Positions 27,173 through 36,286 of a stretch of DNA of 64,000 bases are shown here, piece by piece. This stretch comes from a virus: positions 28,348 through 92,347 of the IMG/VR virus record IMGVR_UViG_3300042010_000040. One strand, written 5' to 3'. Numbering within the stretch: position 1 is the stretch's first letter; each line of letters begins with the position of its first letter. The notes beneath the pieces were generated by a model that searched no databases, was not told the DNA's origin, and worked only from the letters and a program-made list of their open reading frames with translations. Made by a program: the position numbers and the translations under genes.

Positions 27173-29869
27173 TTAAGATACAGAAGGCATAACGCGGAAG
27201 TTTGTACTCGTTCCGGCGACACCTTCCGCCACATTGACCCAGCCCATCGATCCACCTGCTGCAATTGTATTATTCCAAATCTTGTGACCTCTGGAATAAT
27301 AAAAACCATCGGTTGGAATTGCTGTTGCATAGTGTGGGGTGACAGAGACAAGCATCCACTCTGCTGTTGTACCTAGTTGTGGGATGATCCTTTCGAATAT
27401 CAAAGCACCACCGCTAGGGCAGGTGAGTTCAGGGACACCAGATGCACGTAGACTAATATTACCATTAGATCGTACAGTTACAGCACCGATTGCAAACAGT
27501 GTACGATGTTGTCCGGGGTTTGCCCAACCATGAAGATTTGAAATACGGATGGTCCTGTCAGCATTAGGGGACACATAGCAAGATGGATGGCCCTGCATAT
27601 CAACGTTACCAGAAGCATCAGTAACAACAATTTTGTGTTGTCTGTTGTTCTTAAACAGTGTCATTCCGGTAGTTTGCTTACTGTTCTGTCCCACGTATTC
27701 CCAAGACTGAACTTGGTCAAGGCCTACACTACTAGCGGCAACCATGTTGTCAACAGTACCGAGCATAAACCCACCGGGGCCAACCTGTGTGCGGCTGCTG
27801 ACACCTTCCCTGAAGATACCCCCATCACCAACACCACCTTGAATGAAAGTAGTTGCTACAGTTTGGGATGCGCTAACTTGGTAAGTGCCAGACTTTCCAG
27901 TTGAACCTGTCAACTGTTGGACTATGGTGGTTCCAGCAGTAACCCCAGTACCCGTTAATGACATACCCGCAGCGAACCTGCCAAGCATTGACACATCGTT
28001 CTCAATCGTAAGGGTAGTTCCTGCAATGGAGCCATTACCTCGACCCGCACCAACCGTACCATTGCCAGCATTAGCATGTCTGTTAGCTTGGAAGAATTGT
28101 TGGGCGCCAGTTTGAATGTCAAAACAGATACCTACAGATTCAAACCAAGTTTCCATTACGCTATTGTTACTGCAAGCACCAAGCTCCTTCCAACCCAATC
28201 GGGTTTTTTCACAAGCAAATTGCCCCATAGCCATTACACCAGTGGGGCAACGTGCAGCCTGACCAACACCGGCAATATCAGAAGTACTTTCACCATGACC
28301 ACTTGCATTGTCTGCAACTTCCGAGGGGGTTGGGTCAAATGTCAACAGTACACCGATATCTGATATATCATCTGGTGCTGTGCTCATACCGCCTGTGTAA
28401 CCGTTCTCAAGTTCAATTTGACCGTGTTGGCCAGTGAACATGTAGCCAATACTGCCAATAGCTCCACGGGCACCTACTTGACAATCCTGAAACTTAACAA
28501 ACTGGTTTGGGAGAAGTGAATGAGCATCGGTATATCCGGCTCTTGACCACACACATCTGTTGAAGTTAATGATTCTGACATTGAAGAATGTCGTGTGCCA
28601 CAACCCACCTTGAGTGTACCCAGCATCCCATTTTGCACGGGCATACAATCCCCACTGTGTTGGGTTGACAGGTGCCACGTTAAAGTCTGCTGTTGATGCT
28701 CCGCTTATAGTGAGGTTAGACCACCCGCATTCTGCAACAACGCCAGAGTCAATTTCCACCATCCCGTAAGTAAATCCGGGATCTGCTACAGGAAGAGCAA
28801 CAAACCCACCATTCCTCACGCCGGGGCCGTCAACTGGAACTCTGGAGCGGATGGTTAGCTTAGTTACGGGGGAGAAGCCAGACCCAAGTCTAACCTTACC
28901 CCCACCCTTACTGGACGCATATAGAGATGCTTTTTCACAAGCCAGAGTGTCATCTGTCACGCCGTCAGCCAGTCTACCAAACTCCTCCATCCAAATTTCA
29001 CCGGAAGTAATTCTTTGGAACCTGCCTGTTGGAACACCCACAACAGCGAAAGTATACCCACCATTATCCGGTTCTGTTGAAGCAGAGTCCCATATGAAAT
29101 CACCACCGCCGCGTGGGCCAAGATAAGGTACTCTTGTGGACCACCCAGCATGATAGGATGCGACTTTATAAGTAAGGCCAGTCTTTCTTGGTAGCGTCAA
29201 TAGGTCTGCAACAGAATCAACAGACACCACAGCACTGCCAACATTCAGTGCTGCACCATCGGCAGCAAGGTCTGCAATGCTTACTTTTGTACTTAGAAGA
29301 CCTTCTGTGTAAACAGCAGAAGCCTGTGCATCATTGGCGGAGTCTAAGGAGTCTTGAGCAGAAGCAGCGCTTTCAGCAGCTTTAGTAGTCGCTGTAACTG
29401 CACTTGATGCTGAAGACACAGCCGAAGTTTGACTTGCTGTGGCACTATTGGCAGAAGCTGTTGCAGAGTTAGCCGAATTCGTAGCACTTACCGCAGCTTG
29501 GCTTGCAGACGCAGCAGCAGCATTCTTACTAGCCAATGCACCAGCAGCATCAGCAGCCACTTGAGCTGCCAAGCCATCACTATGAGCTGTCTGATCAAGC
29601 ATCAACAATTCATTAATTGTTGTCTGCGTTGTATCATCTGTAATCTCAATATTACCAATGTTGGCATAAGATCTGTATTCTAAAGAAAATACACTAACAT
29701 GATACCAACCGTTTGGGACATCAATTTCATACTCACCATCTTCATCTGTCTTAAAGTCTTTTGTTACAAACATAAGAACTTGTTCAGAGGTGTTATTAGC
29801 TGTAATCCGAACAGAAGAGTTTTTGTATGGTTCGCCTGTAGGGGTGAGGAGGGTGCCTGAAAGAATCAT
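27173..29869 (-). CDS. Tailspike/fibre: Stf-like N-terminus, Ala/Ser linker, pectin-lyase-like beta-helix
   Basis: ILSGTLL..GEP...TD.DG.Y..DV..G.Y.VS N-terminus; GGGDFIWD; [10 protein letters not shown] beta-helix entry motif. Confidence 0.78.
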   Translation of the reverse strand: MILSGTLLTPTGEPYKNSSVRITANNTSEQVLMFVTKDFKTDEDGEYEIDVPNGWYHVSVFSLEYRSYANIGNIEITDDTTQTTINELLMLDQTAHSDGLAAQVAADAAGALASKNAAAASASQAAVSATNSANSATASANSATASQTSAVSSASSAVTATTKAAESAASAQDSLDSANDAQASAVYTEGLLSTKVSIADLAADGAALNVGSAVVSVDSVADLLTLPRKTGLTYKVASYHAGWSTRVPYLGPRGGGDFIWDSASTEPDNGGYTFAVVGVPTGRFQRITSGEIWMEEFGRLADGVTDDTLACEKASLYASSKGGGKVRLGSGFSPVTKLTIRSRVPVDGPGVRNGGFVALPVADPGFTYGMVEIDSGVVAECGWSNLTISGASTADFNVAPVNPTQWGLYARAKWDAGYTQGGLWHTTFFNVRIINFNRCVWSRAGYTDAHSLLPNQFVKFQDCQVGARGAIGSIGYMFTGQHGQIELENGYTGGMSTAPDDISDIGVLLTFDPTPSEVADNASGHGESTSDIAGVGQAARCPTGVMAMGQFACEKTRLGWKELGACSNNSVMETWFESVGICFDIQTGAQQFFQANRHANAGNGTVGAGRGNGSIAGTTLTIENDVSMLGRFAAGMSLTGTGVTAGTTIVQQLTGSTGKSGTYQVSASQTVATTFIQGGVGDGGIFREGVSSRTQVGPGGFMLGTVDNMVAASSVGLDQVQSWEYVGQNSKQTTGMTLFKNNRQHKIVVTDASGNVDMQGHPSCYVSPNADRTIRISNLHGWANPGQHRTLFAIGAVTVRSNGNISLRASGVPELTCPSGGALIFERIIPQLGTTAEWMLVSVTPHYATAIPTDGFYYSRGHKIWNNTIAAGGSMGWVNVAEGVAGTSTNFRVMPSVS

Positions 29870-30144
29870 ATTGTCCCTACTGAGGTGGAGAGCTTGTTTT
29901 GTTTTTATAGAAAGATTTTCTTAAAGCCTATCAACAGGACAACCTGCAATACATTTAGAAATGATAATAGGACTTAAGAAAATCAACTCTTTAGAGGAGA
30001 GGGCTAAAGAGTTGATGAAAGAATGTCTACAGGAGAGGATAGACTTCTTTAAGATGCTGACGCGAGAGGAAGAGGAGGAGAACGTCAGCTTTGAAGGCAC
30101 CATTAATAAAGAATTTATACTTGGATGGTGTCGGGTGAAACTAA

Positions 30145-30254
30145 TTTGAGTGGTTGGTACTGAACTCCAACTTGCTGACGGCATATTCAGCAGCATACCC
30201 GCGTTGTGCTATTTCTAGTCTTACGCTGTGTATCAGTCTACACATTCACTCAAA
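30145..30254 (-). ncRNA. Candidate structured ncRNA (five-way junction with kissing loops)
   Basis: 8-bp closing stem enclosing four hairpins; GAAA tetraloop; ACTGA and TCAGT loops are complementary. Confidence 0.55.
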
Positions 30255-30256
30255 AC

Positions 30257-30338
30257 TGGAGCATACCTTGAAGGAATCTAACCTTCGACAACTTAAACGT
30301 ATTCTAGACTACAGAATAAGGAGCCAACATGAGGCAGC
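30257..30338 (-). ncRNA. tRNA-like / degenerate tRNA
   Basis: Acceptor-like GCTGCCT/AGGTA(T)GC plus TCCA end; T-arm GAAGG-TTAGATT-CCTTC; 6-bp arm with 7-nt loop; no proper D-arm. Confidence 0.4.
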
Positions 30339-30483
30339 ATAAAACTTTAGTTTGAATCTTTAAATTCATTACCCCGTATTAAAACCATTTGAGCATCAAT
30401 AAAGACACACATTGATAAGCTTGTTTAATTCCGAGGATTTCAGAACTCGTCAGTTCATTTCTTTAAGGGGCTCTAAGGCCTAC

Positions 30484-30573
30484 GAAAAGACATTATTATG
30501 TCTCTCGGAATTGGAGTATAAATACTTCCTTTATTTTTCCCTAAAAATTTCCGCTGGTCTTCCTTGACCCAGT
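30484..30573 (-). ncRNA. Candidate RsmY/RsmZ-like GGA-repeat sRNA
   Basis: Starts at the predicted TSS; UCAAGGAAGA hairpin; four GGA motifs in the first 50 nt; ends in hairpin plus UUUU. Confidence 0.45.
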
Positions 30574-30579
30574 AAAACA

Positions 30580-30608
30580 AGTATGAACTATAAAAGTTCT
30601 TTTGTCAA
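30580..30608 (-). promoter_or_regulatory. sigma70 promoter driving the non-coding region
   Basis: TTGACA-17-CATACT with AT-rich upstream sequence. Confidence 0.7.
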
Positions 30609-30632
30609 GTAATTGACTAATTTATTTGCAAT

Positions 30633-30779
30633 TTATTCAAAAATAGGCATCACTTTACGGAATTGTGTGTTTCCTTCGGTGATACTTTCGAATGCATACT
30701 CAAATTTAAAGTCTGGATTGTCTTCTTCCCACAAATCTTCTTCAAGTTCTTCGTCTTCAAGATAATCTTCAATTTTCAT
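30633..30779 (-). CDS. Small acidic protein (48 aa)
   Basis: AGGA SD, overlaps the HNH stop; MKIEDYLEDEELEEDLWEED... Confidence 0.55.
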   Translation of the reverse strand: MKIEDYLEDEELEEDLWEEDNPDFKFEYAFESITEGNTQFRKVMPIFE

Positions 30780-31554
30780 TTTTAATCCTATTCTTTCTCT
30801 TTTTGATTGCTATCTTTTCCCAGTCATCTGGGTGTTTAGCGTTCTTTTCTAAATTACATGTTGGACACAGCAGTTGAATATTCTCAGGCCAATTACTCCC
30901 ACCTAATGCAAGCGGCATAATATGATCTGCGTGGTAACTTGTGAATATTAAGTTAGCAAGACATCCTGTACACAGGCCATTTTGTTTAACAAATAAGTTA
31001 TGTATATCGTCTGCTGTAAACTCGCCTTCAGCGTTCTTTATTCTTGCACGTCTTCGGTGTGAATTAGCTTTGAGTGTGGCTTTATTTTCTAAAGTGTAGT
31101 TCTTAGCTCTTTCTTTGTAGCATTCAACGCAACCACCAGAGTCAGCATATTTCTTACTAAAATGTCCTTTTAATTCACAAGCAACATTATCGTAGTAATA
31201 CTTTTCTTCTACATATATGGCTTGTGCTCTGGTTTTAGGTAAGAAAGATAATTCCATTTCAAGAAGTTTTGTTGATTCGGGGCTATCTGGATCAGCAACA
31301 GACTTTAGGAAGTCCATTGTGTCTTTAGCATATTGAATTGCTTCTTTTGCTGTTTGTTTGCGTTTGTATTTCTCTTCAGCCCTATCGGAACTCTGTTCTC
31401 TAAATAAATCGTTTTGTTCGTGAATGCATTCAACACATTTAGTGGATTCAACCATTCTGTCTGCTATATGTCCATTCTTACATTCTTCACCAATAAAGTA
31501 ATATACCTCACCAGCTTTTCTTGCGTCACTTCTACTTATAAATTCCACTACCAC
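30769..31554 (-). CDS. HNH endonuclease
   Basis: CTGC...HADHIMPLALGGSNWPENIQLLCPTCN; N-terminal CxxGH..CVEC repeats. Confidence 0.88.
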   Translation of the reverse strand: MVVEFISRSDARKAGEVYYFIGEECKNGHIADRMVESTKCVECIHEQNDLFREQSSDRAEEKYKRKQTAKEAIQYAKDTMDFLKSVADPDSPESTKLLEMELSFLPKTRAQAIYVEEKYYYDNVACELKGHFSKKYADSGGCVECYKERAKNYTLENKATLKANSHRRRARIKNAEGEFTADDIHNLFVKQNGLCTGCLANLIFTSYHADHIMPLALGGSNWPENIQLLCPTCNLEKNAKHPDDWEKIAIKKRKNRIKNEN

Positions 31555-31683
31555 CGTACCTAATCAATGTCAATCTAATTAGTATACGGGGTAGATAGCT
31601 TATTAATCAAGCTTTCACAATATTTATTTCTTATTTGAAACTGTATTATATTGAGTTTGTCAAGTTATATTTAAAATAATTGT

Positions 31684-32931
31684 TCAAACAGATAACTTCT
31701 CCTCAATAGCAACACCATCTTCTTTCCAATTCAGACTGATAGGCACTAAATAATCCACACCAAACCTTTTACGAAAGCAATCACCCATAGTTTTTGATAG
31801 TAAGTCAGCATTCTTAGTCTGCACCAAAAATGAGTCATGCACTGGCAAGCATGAGATATTCTTTTCAATCATCACCTCTAGAATATCATTAGCCAAATGA
31901 CTATCAGCATTTTGTAAGATACGCCCCATGCTATCTGGGCAACAGAAGAAATCACCAAACTGTGGGTATTTATCATAGATAAGCAACATCACAGCCTTTG
32001 CACCGCCAAGGGAATACTTCTTTTTGTCTTCATCCTTAAGCAGATTAATCTCTTTACGAATAGCACCCTCTGCATCGTCGTCGTTATAGCAGTTAAACAT
32101 GATGTTAACAGCGAGCTTCACGATACGACGATCTACTGTGTTTGTTTCATCTTCAAGAATACCTGAGTAAACGTCTAGTGGAAGGTACTCGACATCAATA
32201 TCCTTGAGAGCAGCAGCTACACGAAAATGTAGATTGCAGAAGTCAATCTCACAAACTTCCTGACCTTCAATCTTAATATCAAGTCGTGCATCCGTATCTC
32301 GATTCTTAATTGCCAGCACATCAGCTTTATAAAATCGACCACCGTAAGCAAACGACTCATTGAAGATACGACAGTAGAAGTTTGTGAGAGTCTTACCACT
32401 ACCATCTTCAATACGAAATGATTCATTCATATGGTTGAGCTTACGAACAACCTCTTCCATTTTCTTGATATCTTGTGTGTTACGATAAGGGATTGAATTC
32501 TTGTCTTCATCTCGCAATTCAATAACCTTCACGGTGTCTTCATATGCTTTCATAGTTTCCTCAATCAATTCTTCCATGTGCCAGACTTCAATGAACTTCT
32601 GGGTTGGAGTGATGTAGCTAACTTCCCTCTTCTCTTTAATCTTATGTGGCTTACCCTTAACATTAACCACATAACCTTCATGTACTAAGTATTCAATACA
32701 ACGAATAACCTTACGAGAGGTAATATCTTTCTTACTACTTGTCTTTGTTCCTCCTGTGTCTCTACTATACACAAGCTTACATTGTTTCTTAAGACAAGCA
32801 ATCAGATTAGTGACAACCACACCTAACGTAGTAATGTCCTTATATCCATACACCCTAATAGCATTACTTACCTCTCTACTAACTTTAATATCATAGGTTA
32901 GTAGCTTAGTATTCAAGATTACATCTCCCAT
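31684..32931 (-). CDS. Minimal PolA / T7-RNAP-superfamily polymerase-like protein
   Basis: GGRFY, EIDFCNLHFR (motif A-like), RRIVKLAVN (motif B-like), LQNADS and PVHDSF (motif C-like) in the expected order; GAGGAGG SD. Confidence 0.65.
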   Translation of the reverse strand: MGDVILNTKLLTYDIKVSREVSNAIRVYGYKDITTLGVVVTNLIACLKKQCKLVYSRDTGGTKTSSKKDITSRKVIRCIEYLVHEGYVVNVKGKPHKIKEKREVSYITPTQKFIEVWHMEELIEETMKAYEDTVKVIELRDEDKNSIPYRNTQDIKKMEEVVRKLNHMNESFRIEDGSGKTLTNFYCRIFNESFAYGGRFYKADVLAIKNRDTDARLDIKIEGQEVCEIDFCNLHFRVAAALKDIDVEYLPLDVYSGILEDETNTVDRRIVKLAVNIMFNCYNDDDAEGAIRKEINLLKDEDKKKYSLGGAKAVMLLIYDKYPQFGDFFCCPDSMGRILQNADSHLANDILEVMIEKNISCLPVHDSFLVQTKNADLLSKTMGDCFRKRFGVDYLVPISLNWKEDGVAIEEKLSV

Positions 32932-33072
32932 CCTCCTCTATACCTCCCTACTATCATATAACGCAATTTTAGAGACAAAATGCTCTGTAGGCCACAGCCA
33001 CAAAGGCTTGTAGCAAAAATCCCATAAATAAGTTTGCCTAAATTCGTCTGTAGGCATCAAATCTGAACAACC

Positions 33073-33102
33073 ATATTGGCACACACAGCAGCACCTTGTC
33101 AA
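33073..33102 (-). promoter_or_regulatory. sigma70-like promoter for the polymerase-like gene
   Basis: TTGACA-18-CAATAT. Confidence 0.45.
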
Positions 33103-33147
33103 CTCTCCCACAACATTATTTTTATTCCAAACAAATCTATTCACCGC

Positions 33148-33176
33148 TTGCAATCCCTGAATCATGCGTGTAATAT
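33148..33176 (+). promoter_or_regulatory. sigma70-like promoter opening the plus-strand operon
   Basis: TTGCAA-17-TAATAT; divergent from the 33073 promoter. Confidence 0.6.
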
Positions 33177-33208
33177 GACTTCATCAACTGAACGAAGGAG
33201 AGAAATAA

Positions 33209-33382
33209 ATGATTTTGAAAGACTTGATTGATGCTTTACAGAGAGCAGAGGAAGCTAATGACTTGTTGCTGAGGTTGTGGTTGCAGATTGACGTGTATTC
33301 CGGAGAGCTTCGAGAGGGTAAGCTTGATGTTCATACCCTCAATGAGTTGCTGCATTTCTTTAATTTCGATGATAGCGAATAG
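33209..33382 (+). CDS. Hypothetical protein (57 aa)
   Basis: AAGGAG SD; first gene after the promoter. Confidence 0.6.
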   Translation: MILKDLIDALQRAEEANDLLLRLWLQIDVYSGELREGKLDVHTLNELLHFFNFDDSE

Positions 33383-33392
33383 GAGAACCCAA

Positions 33393-33548
33393 ATGCCCAT
33401 CATCCACCTACACACCTACCGTCTCCTGAAACAAATCCTTGAACATGCAGATAAGGTTGTGATAGTGTCGGTAAACACAGATGATGGGAAGCAAATGGCA
33501 TATACTTATGTGAAACGTAAACAAACTGAGAAGGGAGAGAAGAAATAA
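33393..33548 (+). CDS. Hypothetical protein
   Basis: AGGAG SD before ATG 33393. Confidence 0.5.
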   Translation: MPIIHLHTYRLLKQILEHADKVVIVSVNTDDGKQMAYTYVKRKQTEKGEKK

Positions 33549-33988
33549 TGGGAATGTACACAGAAATTCAAGGTACTATTGAGTTTACAACCGAAACACT
33601 GGCTGAATGTTTTGTAGGAAAGAATCAGTGGTCAATGATGGGTCACACATTGGATAAAGTAAAACCGTTCATCACATTCAGCCGAAGTCACTGGATACCA
33701 CATTCAGGTGATGGTGTAAAGTCAATTGAAGGTAATATTGTAAAGTTTCACAGTGAGCTTAAGAACTATGACCACACAATCGAAGAGTTCTTGAAGCTAC
33801 TTCCTTTTATGGCTAAGAAATGGTGCTTAGAAACTCGTTATGAAGAATGCAGTAACTGGACATTGCACAGGAATGATGAAGAAGATATCGACGTGAATGG
33901 TGATAACTACTTTGACAGAGAGCGGAGTAATGTTCCCGAGCAAATCTATCCAGATATTGATGTGTTTGATGAGAGTAACTTGAAATGA
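33548..33988 (+). CDS. Hypothetical protein (MGMYTE-type conserved phage protein)
   Basis: Coupled start; LKNYD..IEEFL and RYEE motifs. Confidence 0.7.
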   Translation: MGMYTEIQGTIEFTTETLAECFVGKNQWSMMGHTLDKVKPFITFSRSHWIPHSGDGVKSIEGNIVKFHSELKNYDHTIEEFLKLLPFMAKKWCLETRYEECSNWTLHRNDEEDIDVNGDNYFDRERSNVPEQIYPDIDVFDESNLK

Positions 33989-34160
33989 CCCACAATTTCC
34001 GAGACAAAGACATAGACGAAATCTTCGTCATCCATTCACCAAACAACACTCTCCTCCACGTAAGCTATCTTGGCCCAACAGAGGAGACATTTTACACGAG
34101 GGCTGATATAGTGGCGATGTTGGACATTATTGATGGGAAGGAAGAGGGAGCGCTACGTAA

Positions 34161-34364
34161 ATGAAGATTAGTGAGTATCAGCAGGGTTTTGTTATTGGAT
34201 TGGTTCTAGGTGCAATAATGATTATAACGATGTGTAGTTATTTTATTATCCGTCCTATGCTAGCTTTGGAGAATACTAGAATGCAGCTCATTGAAGAATG
34301 TCAGAAAGTTTTACCAAGGAATCAAACCTGTGAACTGGTAGCTGTGCCTGAGGAAAAACCATGA
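34161..34364 (+). CDS. Small membrane protein
   Basis: One hydrophobic helix. Confidence 0.6.
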   Translation: MKISEYQQGFVIGLVLGAIMIITMCSYFIIRPMLALENTRMQLIEECQKVLPRNQTCELVAVPEEKP

Positions 34365-34663
34365 CCTATATTCTCTTGTGGTTCCTTTGTGCTTACTGCG
34401 CATATAAGCTACTCAAAAACTACGTCTCAGCCAACCTGCGACTAGTAGGCATCCCTGACGCTAGCATCGCTCAAGCTATGAGAAATGCCGCTAAGAAAGA
34501 CGATTCGATTGAAGAAATCTACAATGCTACGGACAATACAATCAACGCAGCATTTTGGACAGTGGTTTTAGTGGTGCATCTAGCTATTTGGCCTATTTGT
34601 TTGGTACAGTTGGTGGTGTGGCAGACAATAGATAAACAAGACTTTTCGGATTTTAGGGGTTGA
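34361..34663 (+). CDS. Membrane protein
   Basis: Two hydrophobic segments; ATGA overlap. Confidence 0.6.
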   Translation: MTYILLWFLCAYCAYKLLKNYVSANLRLVGIPDASIAQAMRNAAKKDDSIEEIYNATDNTINAAFWTVVLVVHLAIWPICLVQLVVWQTIDKQDFSDFRG

Positions 34664-34664
34664 T

Positions 34665-34856
34665 ATGCTTCAGATTAAAACAGATAATCATGGTACTTAC
34701 TGGATTGAACTAGATGGTGAGTGTATTCATGGGTGCCTTACAAAAGAATCCTCGTTGGTGTGGTTTAAGAGTTATCAAAAGGTATGGGATAGCGGCTATA
34801 AGTTTAAGACAGCCGAAGAAGAGGCTGAATTGGCTAGATCTTGGGAGGGCTTGTAA
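34665..34856 (+). CDS. Hypothetical protein
   Basis: Tight operon packing. Confidence 0.55.
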   Translation: MLQIKTDNHGTYWIELDGECIHGCLTKESSLVWFKSYQKVWDSGYKFKTAEEEAELARSWEGL

Positions 34857-35098
34857 TGATTACCCCAACATGGCATCTAGAGCAAGCTATTATGATGCTT
34901 GACAAGTGGTATAAATTTGCTGAAAATTCCTTAGCGCTGATTGACAAATACCCTGTAAAGTATAGGAAGCTTCAGCCACAACGACATAAACAGAATGCAG
35001 ACTGTAAGCGTAATGCTCTACACTGTAAAACGGCTGGACTTGTATGGCATGATCGATATAAGAGGCTATTAGACACACAAAGAGGTATGTTTAAGTGA
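34856..35098 (+). CDS. Hypothetical protein
   Basis: GGAGG SD; coupled start. Confidence 0.55.
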   Translation: MITPTWHLEQAIMMLDKWYKFAENSLALIDKYPVKYRKLQPQRHKQNADCKRNALHCKTAGLVWHDRYKRLLDTQRGMFK

Positions 35099-35298
35099 GT
35101 GACACAAGAGAGTGTGAATTCTGTAGAGATAGGCTAGAAGAGTTTGCAGAAGATGCTGTTGTCTGTGGAGCCTGTGACGGAACTAGATTATTGGGTGTTC
35201 GTGAATGCTTCTGTCACGCCTATGAACCTTCAGAATGTGGTTGTGAGGCTGATTGGTCAGATTATACAGAGATTGATTACTGTGAGGATGAAGAGTGA
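35095..35298 (+). CDS. Cys-rich hypothetical protein
   Basis: Several CxxC motifs; GTGA overlap. Confidence 0.55.
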   Translation: MSDTRECEFCRDRLEEFAEDAVVCGACDGTRLLGVRECFCHAYEPSECGCEADWSDYTEIDYCEDEE

Positions 35299-35807
35299 AA
35301 GTATGCTGTTCAAACGGTAAACCTTATGACTCTCTAACAGACTTCGAGCGACTGGGTGGGTGCTCAACCGATCAATGTGTAGGACCAATAGAGGTTGAAG
35401 ACTTTGATCTATTACTAACTGGTCTTGGAACATTCGATCCAAAAGACATACCGACAATTGAAGATCTTCTGGATTTCGATAGAGGTGTGCAGTCTGCTAT
35501 TGATGGACAAGATATACGAAAAGCCAAACTAGCACAATTTGGAAGTAGGCTTCAGAAAGAAATAGATCTATTAACAGTCTGTGGAACATTCAACACAGAC
35601 GAATGCATCAGTCACGAAGACTTTAGACATCTCTTCAACAAATCTGGTAGTTGGGAACAATGGATACTTTCACAAATTGAACAAGAGGGTGTTGAGAAAT
35701 ATAAAGCGTGGTATGCTAGGATGTCAGAAAGGTGTGATTTGCATAGTGATTTGATTGAAGCTCATAATAAATTATTTGGAGAGAAGGATGAAGCCACAGG
35801 AGATTGA
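35295..35807 (+). CDS. Hypothetical protein
   Basis: GAGGA SD; coupled. Confidence 0.6.
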   Translation: MKVCCSNGKPYDSLTDFERLGGCSTDQCVGPIEVEDFDLLLTGLGTFDPKDIPTIEDLLDFDRGVQSAIDGQDIRKAKLAQFGSRLQKEIDLLTVCGTFNTDECISHEDFRHLFNKSGSWEQWILSQIEQEGVEKYKAWYARMSERCDLHSDLIEAHNKLFGEKDEATGD

Positions 35808-36030
35808 GAAGATTAAGCAGTTGGATGTCAATGGGATAAACGGAACTATCCAACATCTGTTGATGAATCCTAACATTAATCAAATGCCGTATGCTGATGC
35901 TATCTATTATTTGCTACACAAAACACTTGACGAACGTGCATACTATGAGAAGATGTATCAGAAGTTCTTTAATGTGATTACATCGGCTGGACTTATGACT
36001 AATGAATTGCTTGAATTGGAGGAGAAATGA
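35788..36030 (+). CDS. Hypothetical protein
   Basis: GGAG SD. Confidence 0.55.
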   Translation: MKPQEIEKIKQLDVNGINGTIQHLLMNPNINQMPYADAIYYLLHKTLDERAYYEKMYQKFFNVITSAGLMTNELLELEEK

Positions 36031-36286
36031 TTACTTTATGGTTGATTGGTTGGGGATTTACAGTAAACTTCTGCACGCCAGAAGAAACCCTTAAGAACAA
36101 TACAATGTGGCAGAATGCTAAAAATGATTTGAGTTATATGTTTACTTGGCCATTACAACTAGGCACATTTTGCAGAAAAGTTTTTGTGAAATAAACCTTG
36201 CATAATAGATTGAAGTGTGGGAAGCTAGAGATGTTGGGAAAGTAAAGGTGTGGAAATTTAATATCAATTGAAAGTGAGGTGGTACT

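Noticed and set aside
29961-30149. 62-aa plus-strand ORF inside a minus-strand region
   Set aside because: No clear SD or promoter; may be real but cannot be supported from sequence alone
30432-30460. CTGACGAG...GAAA on the minus strand resembling a hammerhead ribozyme core
   Set aside because: Could not find stems I and III or a cleavage triplet; CTGACGAG is better explained by the GAACT/AGTTC hairpin
30257-30573. Possible tmRNA or canonical tRNA gene
   Set aside because: No distant 5' acceptor strand, no tag ORF, altered T-loop and missing D-arm; kept only as tRNA-like
33076-33092. Additional sigma54-like TTGGCAC sequences here and near 61700
   Set aside because: GG-to-GC spacing is not 10 nt
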